NCBI RefSeq assembly: GCF_001194135.2
Contig: NC_069002.1
Location: 19,166,521-19,230,410, forward strand
DNA length: 63,890 nt
Source: Octopus bimaculoides
Lineage: Eukaryota
Reading direction: 5' to 3'
This document shows positions 50,554 through 63,890 of this stretch, in pieces. The number at the start of each line of letters is the position of its first letter. Position 1 is the stretch's first letter. The notes below the pieces were generated by a model. The model worked only from the letters and a program-made list of their open reading frames with translations. It was not told the origin of the DNA and did not search any database. A program made the translations under genes and the position numbers.

Positions 50554-52354
50554 GTATATACTACCATGTGTTTACGTGTGTGTGTTTGTGTGTGTGTGTG
50601 TGTGTGTATGAGTGTGTGCATGTATACGTGTCTGTAACGTAGGTATGTTTGTATGTATGTATCATAGAGTAGTATGAGATACTGTTATGCGGTACGCCTT
50701 ATTGTACGACAATACAAATGTGTAAAACGTAGGTTCTAGGTAGTATAATGTAGTATATTGTTATATGTGAAAATCTATGTTACGTTTTATGATACAATAA
50801 ATGTTATAACATATATTGTGTTATATTGTAGGTTTGCCAAACTAACTACGAATCTAACAAATTATACAGTAAGGCCTACCAAACTAAGCTATGAGCCTAA
50901 CAAATTAGGCTAGAGGATCTGCGATAATGCGCTATTGGACCTACCAAAAATGGAGGAAGTTCAACATTTATAAAGATGAATTATTCAAGAATGTAGTTGA
51001 ATTCTACATACATAAGCTCAAGTTAAAGGTTGACGTAATTGACGAATAATGTATAAATATTACAGACGAAGTGTTATCCCCAAACCTCCAGCGTCCTTAA
51101 AGAGGCAAACGGGAACACATTAGGGACACTCGTTCAGAAACATCTTCGTCTTACCACTGATATTACTACTCTAGCTTTTGCTCTTATTGCTACATTTGGC
51201 TGCCAATCTACTAATCACACCGAATCCTTAAAAGGAATATCAGAATGAGGAAAGGGGTTAGAAACACACAACGGTATTATGAAAAGATGGTCGTGCCTAG
51301 AACTACTTTCATCATAGGTCTGCTCGATCTGAGATAATCTGGGTCTGAACCACAAAGCAACACAATCTCAGCACCGCACAGTTAATGAATGAGTTTATAA
51401 AGATCAGGGTATCAGAGATTTTCCCAGAATTCAAAGCTGCCATTTCACCCCCATCATAGAAAAATAGTCACGTGGAAGTCAATGAATAGACAATAATATG
51501 TTTTTTTGGAGGTGGGAGAGAAAGAAAGTTATTCTGAAAGTAGAATGTTTAGCCTAATGGACTCAGATAAACTACCGAACGGTCAGTGAGGAGGAAAGTT
51601 GATGACCTGATAATAATTGAAACCGTAGTCCTCATCCCTTGAAACCAAATACAAAGTTTTCCCCCATTAAATTCCATTCGCATTGCTTTGGACAAACTGA
51701 GATCATGATAGAAAACATATTATCTAAAATGCTGCACAGAAAAAACGTCCTGGAACTAGGAAGGAAAATCGCCTACGTCACTGATTTCACAGGGAGACGC
51801 CTTCATGACATAAATTCTTATTTCTCTTCGAGTCTAAATGCATTTAGCAACTTGTCTTAAAAGAAATCAACATCCCCCTCACTCGGCCTCAATTAAAGTT
51901 AATAGAGCTGTTATATAAAGAAATTCCTTTCAATTTGATTGAAAACAGGAAATTGATGGTTTTTACGAACAGAGATGCCTAATTCACATTACTATTTTGA
52001 TGACATGCTGCCAAATTTGGTGTCTGCTGTGAAAAATTCAATATTGGCTTTTAGCTTTCAATCAGTTTTATTTTCATGATAGATTCCCGCCTAGAAGAAG
52101 CCATGGCCAAAAAATATCCTATTTATCTCCATATATGTATAAAAAAGAATAAAATATATCTATCCACCTACCTATCAAACTGTGTGTGTAAGTTTGTGTG
52201 CGTGTGCATATGTGTGGATGTATGCGTGCGTGTATGTATGTGCATGTGTATGTGTAGTTAGAAATACGTTTTTTTTCTTTAAATACATAAAAAATGTTTT
52301 TGTAGAAGGTAATATTTATCATAAAACTTTTCACAGTTCCACACACATACCCAA

Positions 52355-52385
<31 letters not shown>

Positions 52386-52451
52386 CACACACGCGCACNN
52401 NNNNNNNNNNNNNNNNNNNNNNNNNNNNNNNNNNNNNNNNNNNNNNNNNNN

Positions 52452-52502
<51 letters not shown>

Positions 52503-53159
52503 GATACAAATGGACATATCAGGCACACACACACGTGTACACACACGTACATATGTACACACACAACTCTCCCTATCTCTCTGCATATATATATATATAT
52601 ATTAGTATGTAAAGCTGAACCGAGAAAATTATATGAAGCAAAATGAATGCCAGTGGTGTACGTATGTTGGTATGTTGAGTATAATAATGATCGAATGCCA
52701 GGTCTAAGTGGTATAACTAATGTTTCAATGCAAAAATATCCACGAAGATTTCTATTTCACCTGATAGTAATGGAATCTTTTATACAATAGCAATAAAAGA
52801 AAGAAATAGACAGAAAACATTTGGAATGTCCTCATAAACAATAAACAACGTACAGTTACGTTAATTAAATTTTGACAATAATTCTAAACCACAGTATTTG
52901 AAGTATGTAGGTTATGTTACCTTCCGTAGCGAGGTGAATCATCTTAATTCTTTACAATATTTCATTGACATCATTGCGGCTAAAAATATAAACTTTAAAA
53001 TTTTTATACCCTCCAACGACCAATGAAAACCACAGTACAACAGGACAACAACCACAGACAACAACAACGAAGTTTGTACAAGAGCATTGAAGCTTTCAGT
53101 TGTACTAGCAAACGGAAACTCCCTCGAATTATAACGAACAAAAGAATGACACACTCAAC

Positions 53160-53720
53160 AGAGCATTCGTAACAAAATGATGGGATTGTCGTATATGGAG
53201 CGCTATTGTTAATAGGTTGGATGTCGGGTATGACGTGCTTTATTTCGAAGACCCGGTTGTGGCAATGATCCTTTCAGAAATAGGAGCAGTGAGTTTTCTG
53301 AAAAGACTGCAAGATTGTGTTTGTATGGCAATTACATAGAAATTTGAAAGGATCGAGTGTTGGGTGGTAGGGACTAGGGTTAGGGCTTGATGGTTTAAGG
53401 AGGTGAACACAACATGGATGGTGAGAGGAAGCAATACTAGTAAATGAAGTGGAAATAGAACGAAAGAAACCAACAAAGTAGAGCAAACTGAAGTGAAGAG
53501 GCAGTAGGGTGAGGAAACCAAATCGTGGGTTATAAAATCATTGGGGTTTTGACGGAATTCATAGAAACCAATCGGGAGAATTTCATCTAGTTGCGCTCTG
53601 GGCCACTTGTATATGTAGTAGCATTGGCATTTCGTTATTCCGTTGTGCATCACACCACAGGGTGTTAAAGGAAGTATGCCCTGGTCATGAAGTGGAGCAA
53701 TATTCTTTGTGATGCAGCGT
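53160..53720 (-). mobile_element. Possible Penelope-like element relic (region leading into GIY-YIG)
   Basis: HPTLDPFKFLCNCHTNTILQSFQKTHCSY resembles the PLE linker (G.FPC.R..C.TC); heavily decayed. Confidence 0.3.
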
Positions 53721-54580
53721 ATGTTGATAATGTGAGATTTCCAAAATGAAATCCTCTGTGATTGGGAAGCAGTAACTGACAGTTTCAGTTGGTTATTGTA
53801 TTTGTTTGTGAATGTTTGAGGATTTTATTGGTGTGTAATGATTAAGTCTTTCTGCAGCAAAATCATTGGTAACCGCTGTTATCACTCATTAAGTACCGTA
53901 AAACAGTTCTGAGTTTATATTTTACTGGATGCAATTTCGTTGCGTTTGTAAACATGTAAGCAAAGAAAGAAAGAAACAATCAAATAATCAAACAAAAGGC
54001 TTAAATTCTTTTCCCTAATCAATCTACGTCTTTGTGTCGCTAAAATTCTCAGAAATCTGTATTCTTCAGCCATTGGTGTTACCTTTCTCTTATTTTACTC
54101 CACATCAGTGTTGATTGTAATCAAATTCCTCTGACCCTTCGTCTCTTTATTCCAAGGTGTGTAGCGCACTCATTATACATGTGCTATATTTCTAAGAAAG
54201 TGAGACATGATTTAAAGAGGGTTTGGCTGCTATTTCTACTACTCCCAATGACTCCTTATAGAGAGAATGTTTCGATCATCTTCTTACCATTACTGCTTTG
54301 GTCAGCAATGATTAATTAAGCCTAGGATCAACGACAGTCGTTCCACTTTTGACTGTCCTATCCTTCTTTGAACACAGGGAACAAGAGACGACCAGATTAT
54401 CAAGTATGTTATTCTCTTTGTCAGACAATAAAAATTTGATTATAGGACTGCTATTTCTAGCATCTTGAGGTATGATGAAGAGTCTCCTGCGTGGGTTTGT
54501 CCATTGGTGGTGGGTAGTAGGGATAGTTCATCAGGATACAATTGACTGGCGGTCGATTTAGAGGTTTCATAGTCAGAGGG

Positions 54581-54634
54581 ATTACTAGGGTGAGGAGGGT
54601 ATAGCCTTTGTAGAAACGGAGCCGTACCAGTAAT
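54581..54634 (+). ncRNA. Variant or decayed hammerhead motif
   Basis: ATTACTAGG-GTGAGGA-GGGT ATA GCCT-TTGTA-GAA-ACGG AG CCGT-A-CCAGTAAT; 8-bp stem I with one bulge, C3 replaced by G, extra nucleotides after stem II. Confidence 0.45.
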
Positions 54635-56152
54635 ACATGCAGGGATGATCTAGGTAAATATTTTCAGAAGGTGATTCATTAACTTCACGAGGAAAACTTC
54701 ATGGCTTACCGAATATGAATATGTTTTTAATTGTTTTATATAACACAAGGCCATAAATAATTTCAATTAAAACGTATATTGTAAGATACATGTCGATTTA
54801 ATTTTGATTAAATATTCTAACAGAACGAGGCATAGATATTTTTAATGAAGGAATTAAGTAACAAGATACATTCAATTTATTTAAAATTGATTTAGATCTT
54901 AGATTCTTCATGTAAAATTTCCTGTGGACAACAAAAACTTTGATAAAGAAAACTGCTAGTCCAACTGGGCTACGTTTTATATCGGGGAACTTGATAACCA
55001 TATAAATAATGATGTTAGTGAAGTACATATAGGAAAGAACAAGATTCAGAAAAACACTGTGAGGGTTGTACAATTCTTTAGAATTGAACCGAGCTTAGTG
55101 TAAAGTCCTAGATTCAGAGACTAGAGTGAAAGACACAGAGAAAAATTTAAATGTTACGACTTATTTTGTAAACCGTGTGAGACGGTTTTAATCATATGTA
55201 GTTCAGACATTGTTGTGAATAGATTGGACTCTTCTGAGAAGTGATTACAGAACTCTGATGTTGAGTATTAAATACGAGAATGAACTTTACCACAAAAAGA
55301 AAGAAGTGAGTTTTATTATCTATGTTCTCGTCACTAAAATCTGAAGTGTGTAAATGAACATTATTAAGCTAACTATTTTTCCTATCCAAGTCCAAGATAT
55401 TTCTAACAAGTCAAGTCACAACTAGAAAGATTTCAACGGCGATACTGTCTGTACAGAACAAAAAGTAAAAAATCAAATTCTACTGAAACTGCTATTGCAA
55501 TTGTTCACCAGAAACATATTTTTTGTTGTCCAAATATCAATATATTAGAGTTTTTTCACCCCGCAATTTTAGATCAAAATCGTTTCTATAAAGAACTCAA
55601 AATTGCGCATAAATAAATATAGAAATCGAAATTTAAAAAAAACAGAAAAACATGTTTAAAAGGAAAACCAAAAACCCTGCAGCAGCTCTAACTCAGGAAT
55701 TGTGTAGACTTTCTGCTATTTTTGAAGTTATTTAATTATAATTCTACACTTTTCTTTTAAATTTCACAAATAATGTAATAAAAATTGCAACGAGGACATG
55801 CAACAAATATAGAAATAACCAGGAAGAAATATAAAAAGCAAAACAGTGAATAAATAAAATTATAACTATAAGAACGTGGTCTCTACACTTCTTTCATTTG
55901 GTTGAGAATTTTACGTTGGAATTTCATGAGAAAATATGACATGAATAAGCAGTCACAAATTTATTTCAACCATTTTTATTGCATTTATTGCTAATATGGA
56001 TGAGCGATAGATGAAAGAGATGGAAATTTTCATGACGGACAACCTGAGAATGAGTCTGTCTGTGCGTACGTATGAGGCATTTGCGTGAATATGAAAGAAA
56101 GAGATAGAAGTACGTGTCAGCAAAATGACGTTGAAGTATTTATGAACATAAC

Positions 56153-56187
<35 letters not shown>

Positions 56188-57483
56188 TGTTTACAAGAAA
56201 GTGGTTGACTGTGACTTTGCAGTTTCATTTCAGCCAATAAATGTTTACGAATATTTGTACATATATACATGCATCCATTCATACACATCAATACAGATAC
56301 ATACTCACGAACATCATGAGTATAGACATACACAAGAACATGTATCCGTACGTAGGCAGACTTCTTTAAACGTCTATATATGCGTAGGATTCCATGTTCT
56401 ATATACACATTTGCGTATATCTAAATTATATTTCCTCCTACACACTTGTATACATCAAAAATATTTAAAACGCATACAACCCTAGGTCCATAAATTCATG
56501 CACATGTAGACATTCATATATTAACGAATAGATAAATATATATAGTTGTATAAACCATGTGAGTGCGTAATGTATATGAATATATGTGAGGATGTATGTA
56601 CATATATGTGTATACACACACATATACATACATACGTAAACATACAGTAATATGTGTGTATGCGTCTATGTATATAGGCGTGTATGAACAAACAAACACA
56701 CACATAGACATACACATATCTACGCGCACACACACACACACACATACACACACACACACACACACACATTCGACACCGTTTTTTTCCGAAAGAAATTTGT
56801 GCGAATAAATACAGCATATGAAAATTTGGGAGTAATGAATACCTATCAATTTAATGCCCGCATTCGTAGGCATACGAACGTGCATACATATATGCATGCA
56901 CACATACATACATACATACATACATACATACATACATACATACATACATACATGTAACTGCGTGTGTGTGTATGTGTGTATTTATATGTGTATTAAATCA
57001 TATATGCTTTCATGCACATATATGCACATAAGACAAAATCCTATGCATAAATTAAATCTAAACACACAAACACGCACATATTCACATACGTATATACGCA
57101 TGTATACACGCATTCCTGTAATAACGCAATTATTTTTCCGGAAATACTAGGTTTTTAACAGCAATCTTTATTCAGTTATATGTGTCCAACCAATTATGAA
57201 ACTGAGTTTCTGAATGAATTATAAAACAAGCATTTCTTTCGAAAATAGCAAAATATGTCAATTTGTTGGTTTTACAGACCTGACTATATCAACATTTCAC
57301 TAATGTTTCTCGTGCAAACATCGATTTGTTTATTTTCCTTTTTAAAGTCTTTCTAGATTCATATTCTGAGTGTTTACGACTCCTTTTCACCCACTGAAGT
57401 CAATATGTGCGGGGATCACCGCTGCTTCTCAATCATCGCAAAATGACGCTTGTTCTTTCCAACTTTATTTCCCTTTTATGCTC

Positions 57484-57521
<38 letters not shown>

Positions 57522-57989
57522 ATACATACACACTCTTGCATGCACACACACACAAACACACACATACACATATATATTAATAATATTAAATGTGATTCGA
57601 CGTTTCCTATGCAAGGATTCTCGCCAATTCTCAGACCTATAATACAAGCTACTGCATTAATATCAATGGCGTTCATAAATTGTTTCCAATGACATCGAGG
57701 GACTCTTATATTGATTGTCAAGTATGAAGTGTATATTTTGGGTTAGTTTAAAATACACAAAGGATTTTATCATCCCGTTTTCGCTGACAAAGTGTCGTAT
57801 ATTCTCTTTTAACCTAGAAAAACTTCATTAGTTGTTAATCTTTATGGTTTTAAACTTTAACCAATCCAATGAACAATATATTGCTCTAAAATATCAATAT
57901 GAACATATAAGAAATTTTACAGAGTAACATAATAAAACTGATTCGTATTCTGCTCTTGGCTCACACTATTTCGATCCATACAACTTGAT

Positions 57990-58190
57990 TTCTTTTACTT
58001 GTTTCAGTCATTTGACTGCGGCCATGCTGCAGCACCACCTTTAGTCGAGCAAATTGACCTCAGGACTTATTCTTTGGATGCCTAGTACTTATTCTATCGT
58101 TCTCTTTTACCGAACCGCTAGGTTACGGGGACCTAAACACACCACCATCGGTTGTAAAGCGATGTTGGGGGGACAAACACAAACACACAA

Positions 58191-58227
<37 letters not shown>
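57990..58227 (-). mobile_element. SINE family A, 3' half, continuing into the gap
   Basis: CTTTTACTTGTTTCAGTCATTTGACTGCGGCCATGCTG...GGGGACAAACAC(AC)n. Confidence 0.9.
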
Positions 58228-58527
58228 NNNNNNNNNNNNNNNNNNNNNNNNNNNNNNNNNNNNNNNNNNNNNNNNNNNNNNNNNNNNNNNNNNNNNNNNN
58301 NNNNNNNNNNNNNNNNNNNNNNNNNNNNNNNNNNNNNNNNNNNNNNNNNNNNNNNNNNNNNNNNNNNNNNNNNNNNNNNNNNNNNNNNNNNNNNNNNNNN
58401 NNNNNNNNNNNNNNNNNNNNNNNNNNNNNNNNNNNNNNNNNNNNNNNNNNNNNNNNNNNNNNNNNNNNNNNNNNNNNNNNNNNNNNNNNNNNNNNNNNNN
58501 NNNNNNNNNNNNNNNNNNNNNNNNNNN

Positions 58528-58750
58528 CTATTAATTATCTTTAGTTAGCTCTTTCTCAGAATTTTGCAGGTGCACAATATTGCTATTCCGTTCATCATAC
58601 CGGGGATTTTCTTCTATTCATTACTGCTCCTTCTGTGGTTGAAATAGAAGGAGCACTAATGAATAGAAGAAAATCCCCGGTATGATGAACGGAATAGCAA
58701 TATTGTGCACCTGCAAAATTCTGAGAAAGCTAACTAAAGATAATTAATAG
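58528..58750. repeat. Near-perfect long hairpin (arms 107 and 105 bp, 11-nt loop)
   Basis: 58528-58634 is the reverse complement of 58646-58750 except one C/C mismatch and a 2-nt bulge. Confidence 0.93.
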
Positions 58751-58846
58751 GCGCAGGAGTGGCTGTGTGGTAAGTAGCTTGCTTACCAACCACATGGTTC
58801 CAGGTTCATTCCCACTGCGTGGCACCTTGGGCAAGTGTCTTCTACT
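58749..58846 (+). mobile_element. SINE family A 5' head, cut off after GTGTCTTCTACT
   Basis: GGCGCAGGAGTGGCTGTGTGGTAAGTAGCTTGCTTACCAACCACATGG... Confidence 0.9.
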
Positions 58847-59299
58847 TTTGACTGACCTAAAACTTGGTACTGAAGCGATGATTGTATTCATTAAAATCTT
58901 ATCCATTGCCAGAAAATATACCCTATCATGCGACGTCGGCATTTCGGATAAGCGTTAACATTCGCAGTCCTTATATGCCACTGATAATTATGTAAGTAGT
59001 TGTCCTATATCAACAGAAAATTATTTATAATTCCTTGGTATGGAACTGAGACAAGAGAACCATCAGCAAAGTATTTTATATTTAAAGATATGACTATTTA
59101 CTGAATTACACGTGAAAATACTTTGAAAATTGATAGCTTAGTTGCGACAGCTTGGTCTCTTCTATAATAAATTATGTAAACAATATCTGATTCATGCCAG
59201 CATTCTATATGCTAGAATATTTCTCATGGTCAGACATGATTATTTACATCTTAGGATTCTGTAAAATTGTTACCAGTGTTCCTTTCACTCTATGAATGT

Positions 59300-60330
59300 T
59301 GAATAATGTATAAAATTAAAACAAACGAACTCTCTAGAAGGCGTTTTTTAAAATTACTTCTGTAAAGTCGCCGTACACAAGAACCTCAATAAATCTGCAA
59401 ACTTTCTGAATGTGAAATTAGAAAATTTCTCCAACTGTCGCCAGTTCGATATTTAAGTGTAAGATGACCCCATATTTTGACTGAAATTATCTCAAGTGCA
59501 ATAATATTCACTGTATTTCTTCTCTCTGTTTTAATCCATTAATAAGGCACTCGTTTGAGCTTACTGTCTGTCATTTTAGTGCCATTCCCTGCATGCGATA
59601 CTCTAAACCCGACCATAATAAACCTGTTAAAAGTTTCATAATTTCAATTCATGACCTCATCTTCCCATTTCGGTTAAAGAGATTTTAGAATTTCACTCAT
59701 ACAAAACTAATTTATAAAACTAAAATTATATTTCTTTAAATTGTTTTCTGCACTGTTTATTCTTCGTGAAAATATATTTCAATCAAATATCTGGTTTATT
59801 AAATATTTCTAAAGTTACAATCCTTGTTCTTGTTCTAATTAATAATAATTAAGCTGAATTGATTTCGCCATATCATCTACTTTCTGGAGTGTTATCATCA
59901 TTTTAATTAATTACTTTCCTAACGAACTCTAAAGTGCATGCGCATTTACGTCAGTAGACACTACTTGGATGTAATCTTTTAAATAAATTTCTTCTGTCCT
60001 ATTCAACTGCTTTGTGATACCTATATTCCTAATTAAATATATTAAAACCGATTTATATCATTTACAGATTGACCTAGATGTCCAAATCGTTACTTCCCTT
60101 AACATTCTGCAACAAATGGATACTCAGCAAAAATTTGATTTCCATTCGATTCTTTATTATTATGGCAACCTCTAGTGAGGTCTCTTTATTTTACAAATTT
60201 ATTTTTTTAATAAATAACATTCATTCTGCATCCTCCAATATGACAAATAAAAGTTTTATTTGAATTCTTGCTTCCCCTTTTTTCTCTTCTCATTTTCTAC
60301 GTTGCACAGCTGCCTTAGTTTTCTGTCTCC
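59300..60330 (-). mobile_element. Possible highly decayed LINE endonuclease region
   Basis: Scattered motif-like peptides (EVAIIIKN, STDVNAH similar to GDFNAH); many stops. Confidence 0.3.
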
Positions 60331-60431
60331 ATAAGGTTCCATATTTACAGATACCTCTTTGTCACATTTCACTTGGAAAATTTCGTTTTGAATGAAACTT
60401 GTTACATTCTAAAAGCATTCATTTATACATG

Positions 60432-60496
<65 letters not shown>
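60432..60496. repeat. (CTAT)n microsatellite; another lies at about 63274-63337
   Basis: Directly visible. Confidence 0.95.
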
Positions 60497-62988
60497 AGTG
60501 TTGTTGCATCGGATTTTAAGGTAATCGCCTTTTTCTACAGTTTATTGAATAAATTTAATGTAAGGCACCCAGCTTTCGTCTGGGTGTGTTTTCCAATCTT
60601 TCTCGATTTTAAAAGTGTCGACAAATTTGATTGTGGAGCGCTGGTCGGCGTCGTTCATGGATGAACATTTTCCCAGACTTGGAATGACGGACGGAAAAAA
60701 GAAGAATGAATCTTTTGAACGCACACACTCCAAAACAAGCGCTGGAAAAGAAACTGCTGTCAATGCCATGAATAATAATTGAACGACCGTTGTCAGCCCT
60801 GTCATCACCACCACCACCACCACCACGACTACCACATCCACAACCACAGCAACCATTAACAACAACAACATCAATACTATCGCTACAATTTTGCCTGCTG
60901 ATTCGCATGAATTGTGAAGATATTAATACTATTAAGAATGCACCATCCACTGTTTCTGGTATCGCCGATACAAACATTACCCCCACCACCCCCACCACCA
61001 CCACTACCAACAACAACAACCATAACAAAAAGAGCACTATAGTTACTAAACCAAATACCCCAAGCACTGCCACTACTGCCACTAGTGACACCAATTTTGC
61101 TGCGACAACCGCCAACACCCACAACGACAACAACAACACAAAGAAAAGTTCCATAAATTTTGCAGACATGTTAAAGCCAAAAAAAAAAAAAAAGAAATTG
61201 TACATATCACAAATGAAGAATTACTTGAGACCAGGTCACTTTTCACAACATCCGGACAAAACTTAATATTACACACACCACAACACGTTAGAGAGGACGT
61301 TGAAAAAAGGGCAATTATGTATAAAATAATTTTTAAAAAACCAAAAATCAACAGAACAAATCACAAAAACAGATATAGAAAAATGTGCTAAACCCTTCAT
61401 GAAAATCAAAGAGTACATAAACTGGGGTCCCAAATATTATACTATGCAGGTCCGCTTCCATAATCAGGAAGAGGCAAAACAACACTGTACGCAAGCTTTA
61501 CAAAATGACGAACTTGTCATGGTCCCATACTACATGGGGCAGAGAGTTACCAAAATGAAAATAAAGAACGTCCCACCCGAAATTGAATCAAAGTGGATCA
61601 CATCAACGATATATTTGCATTTGAAAACAATAAACATCATAGAAATAGCTGTTTTTCATAATGAAAATTGGACAGGCAAATCAATTGAAATCACGGTCCA
61701 AATGGATCAAGGTTCGATCGAAAAATTGCCAAATGTGATCCAACTTGAGAACGAACGAAGCCTTTATGTGGTGGTGGAGGGGAAAAAGCCGCGTTGCTAC
61801 CTCTGCGGCAGCCCAGACCACTTAATAGCAAAGTGCGTTTTGGCACATAAGAAACAACAAAGGAAACAATTACAATCAAAACACAAAACAAATGGAAGAC
61901 AACCTTTGCTACCAACACCACCAAACCCACAAATGATCCAAGAAATATACAAAAAAATGGAATCTCGTCAAGAAGAACATACCAACAAACAAAACCAAAG
62001 GACATCACCATCAACACCAAGAAGAGAAACAACACCATCACAATTACCTCCGATACCGAAACCAACTTGAGAAACAACACCACCACCAACATCAAAAGAT
62101 AGAACAACACCAGCATCAAGAACAGCAACCAAGAAAACAAATATCAATGAAGAAAAGACAAATACTACCCCTAATTCCCCAACAACACACACCACACAAC
62201 ACAACAACGTCTAAAATTACACACACAGAACCGGATGCCTTGCCCTTACGCCCTTCTAATCCGTCGGACTTTTCGTTTAACGATGAAAGTCCAGTAGAAT
62301 GGCAAATAGCCACAAGGGGCAAAAGAAAAAGATAAAAAAAGAAACAAGACAAAATCAAACACAAGCAAAGCAGGGAGGTACACAACCCTTGAAAGCCCCT
62401 TACACAACCAAACCAGCACCAACACCACAAAAACGCATACACTGCTCTCTGCTATAAACACAAAAGACACAAAACTAATGAATTATATTGCATCTCACAC
62501 AAACATGTGATGACTTCAAAAATAATAATCACCCACGAACAACACCACCAGAACATATAAAAATAATACACATGACACAAACCCAAAACCGCACACTCAG
62601 ATCCCTGTATCCAAATGCGGTAGGGGATTCCAAAAATTCATATCCAAAATATTATTTAAAGACCACCTCCAAGACACTTCAAAAGAGAACGAATGTAAAA
62701 CTTTCGAAATGAGTAAGTAACCTTCTCTCTCGTCTATTTACTGTTTCGACAAAATTATGCTTAAATTAGGTTGTGCAAATGTATTTGGTTTGGCGTCAGC
62801 TTGGAAACAAGTTTATCTTCTAAATGCATCAAGTCACAGAACGTAGAAATCATAGCTATCAGTGAAACCAGACTCAGTAACCCGCAGGCCCTCGCGTCCA
62901 TGTTTGGCGGACAATTCGATATTTATTTTTCTCCCTGTCTACCAAACATGGCTGGTGGTGGTACCGCGGTGCTTTTTCGGAAGAAAAG
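60497..62988 (+). mobile_element. L1/Tx1-clade LINE: 5'UTR, disrupted ORF1 with a CCHC knuckle, and the start of ORF2 (APE)
   Basis: ORF1 ATG at 60657, Thr/Asn-rich N-terminus, KIKNVPPEI, VVVEGKKPRCYLCGSPDHLIAKC (knuckle 61795-61836); ORF2 ATG at 62757 MLKLGCANVFGL, 1-nt frameshift, EIIAISETR...GGGTAVLFRK, then homology stops. Confidence 0.88.
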
Positions 62989-63273
62989 GTACTTACTTTT
63001 ATGTAGATTTTGAACTGCCTGATTTGACCTTGGTCTTTTTTGTAGGATTTCTCTCCAAGGGTACACCTAAACTGTGAACATTTTCTATTCCCGTTTTTTG
63101 GGGGTGGGGAGGGGGGACATTATAATTTTTGTACGCTGCACACCCCAACGATTTCAATCCCTATTGATTTGCCTTTTATTTGTGTCCCACCCGACTCACC
63201 TCGAAAATGAAAACCTCTACGTTTGTATTTCGTCCAATTTCTGTGTTTAACCTGTGTGGCTATAATAAAAAGA

Positions 63274-63335
<62 letters not shown>

Positions 63336-63649
63336 CCTCATCCAAACACAGCACGCGCACGCACACACACCTGTACCTAATGAGCGTTGAAGCGTTGATT
63401 TATTTGAAAGAACTAGGAGTGCGGTATTATGTGTATTCAAACCGAACCTTTTTCAAGAGACTACAATACAATTGCAGCTCTGTGTGTCATTTAAACAAGG
63501 AGTGTTAACAATTCTGTGGCTGTAGCTTGATGTCCATTGGTAGGGATGACTCACCTTTTCGTGTTTGCCTTCTGCTTTGCTATTTAGCACCTATTAATTT
63601 GCTTAGTGTCTCTTGAGTAAAAACGGCCTAAAACTACTCAAGATGGTGA

Positions 63650-63658
63650 TGATGATGA

Positions 63659-63735
<77 letters not shown>
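63650..63735. repeat. (GAT)n(AAT)n microsatellite; (GAA)n at the window end
   Basis: Directly visible. Confidence 0.95.
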
Positions 63736-63738
<3 letters not shown>

Positions 63739-63890
63739 CTACTCCAGAAGCAAGGAAAACTAATACAAATAGCCACAAAACACGAGCAAAACAAAAAAAA
63801 CTGTTTTCAGTATTTAAGGAAGCTGACAAATACAAACAAGAAATCAATCTACCTAACAAATACGAAGAAGAAGAAGAAGAAGAAGAAGAA

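Noticed and set aside
53370-53390. TAGGGTTAGGG telomere-like motif
   Set aside because: Fewer than two full units; chance.
54798-55073. Hydrophobic 91-aa minus-strand ORF with a TNIIIY motif (GPCR TM7-like)
   Set aside because: It lacks NPxxY, and its hydrophobicity is expected from T-rich DNA; no family recognised.
55223-55305. Short plus-strand open segment ending at a strong GTGAGT donor
   Set aside because: Weak acceptor, only 27 codons, no recognisable homology.
60542-61351. Antisense Val/Leu/Gly-rich ORFs that look like membrane proteins
   Set aside because: They are the reverse complement of the (ACC/AAC)-rich LINE ORF1 N-terminus.

Overview
Eukaryotic, AT-rich, microsatellite-dense draft-assembly DNA with many N gaps. 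The repeat families (two abundant tRNA-derived SINEs, maT/DD37D transposons, R4/Dong, CR1-like, RTE and L1/Tx1 LINE relics, Penelope-type termini) look like an Octopus genome; this is pattern recognition, not a database result. I can support no intact host protein-coding gene, rRNA or tRNA, so the window reads as intronic or intergenic. Almost all ORFs in the track are microsatellite, N-gap or decayed-transposon translations. The most interesting signal is a set of minimal type-I hammerhead ribozyme motifs with short or palindromic stem III, from several unrelated sequence families: 27038-27098(-), 27246-27306(+, broken core), 33355-33400(+), 35483-35529(-), 42566-42614(-), 54581-54634(+, variant), plus weaker relics. 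Two of them form the arms of a 115-bp inverted repeat. Also notable: a near-perfect 105-bp-arm fold-back at 58528-58750, a 5'-intact but 3'-truncated L1/Tx1 element at 60497-62988, a SINE nested in an R4/Dong LINE with a 19-bp duplication, and a speculative frameshifted adenylation-domain (AMP-binding) relic at 13127-13345(-). All coordinates and alignments were read by eye; repeat boundaries are approximate.
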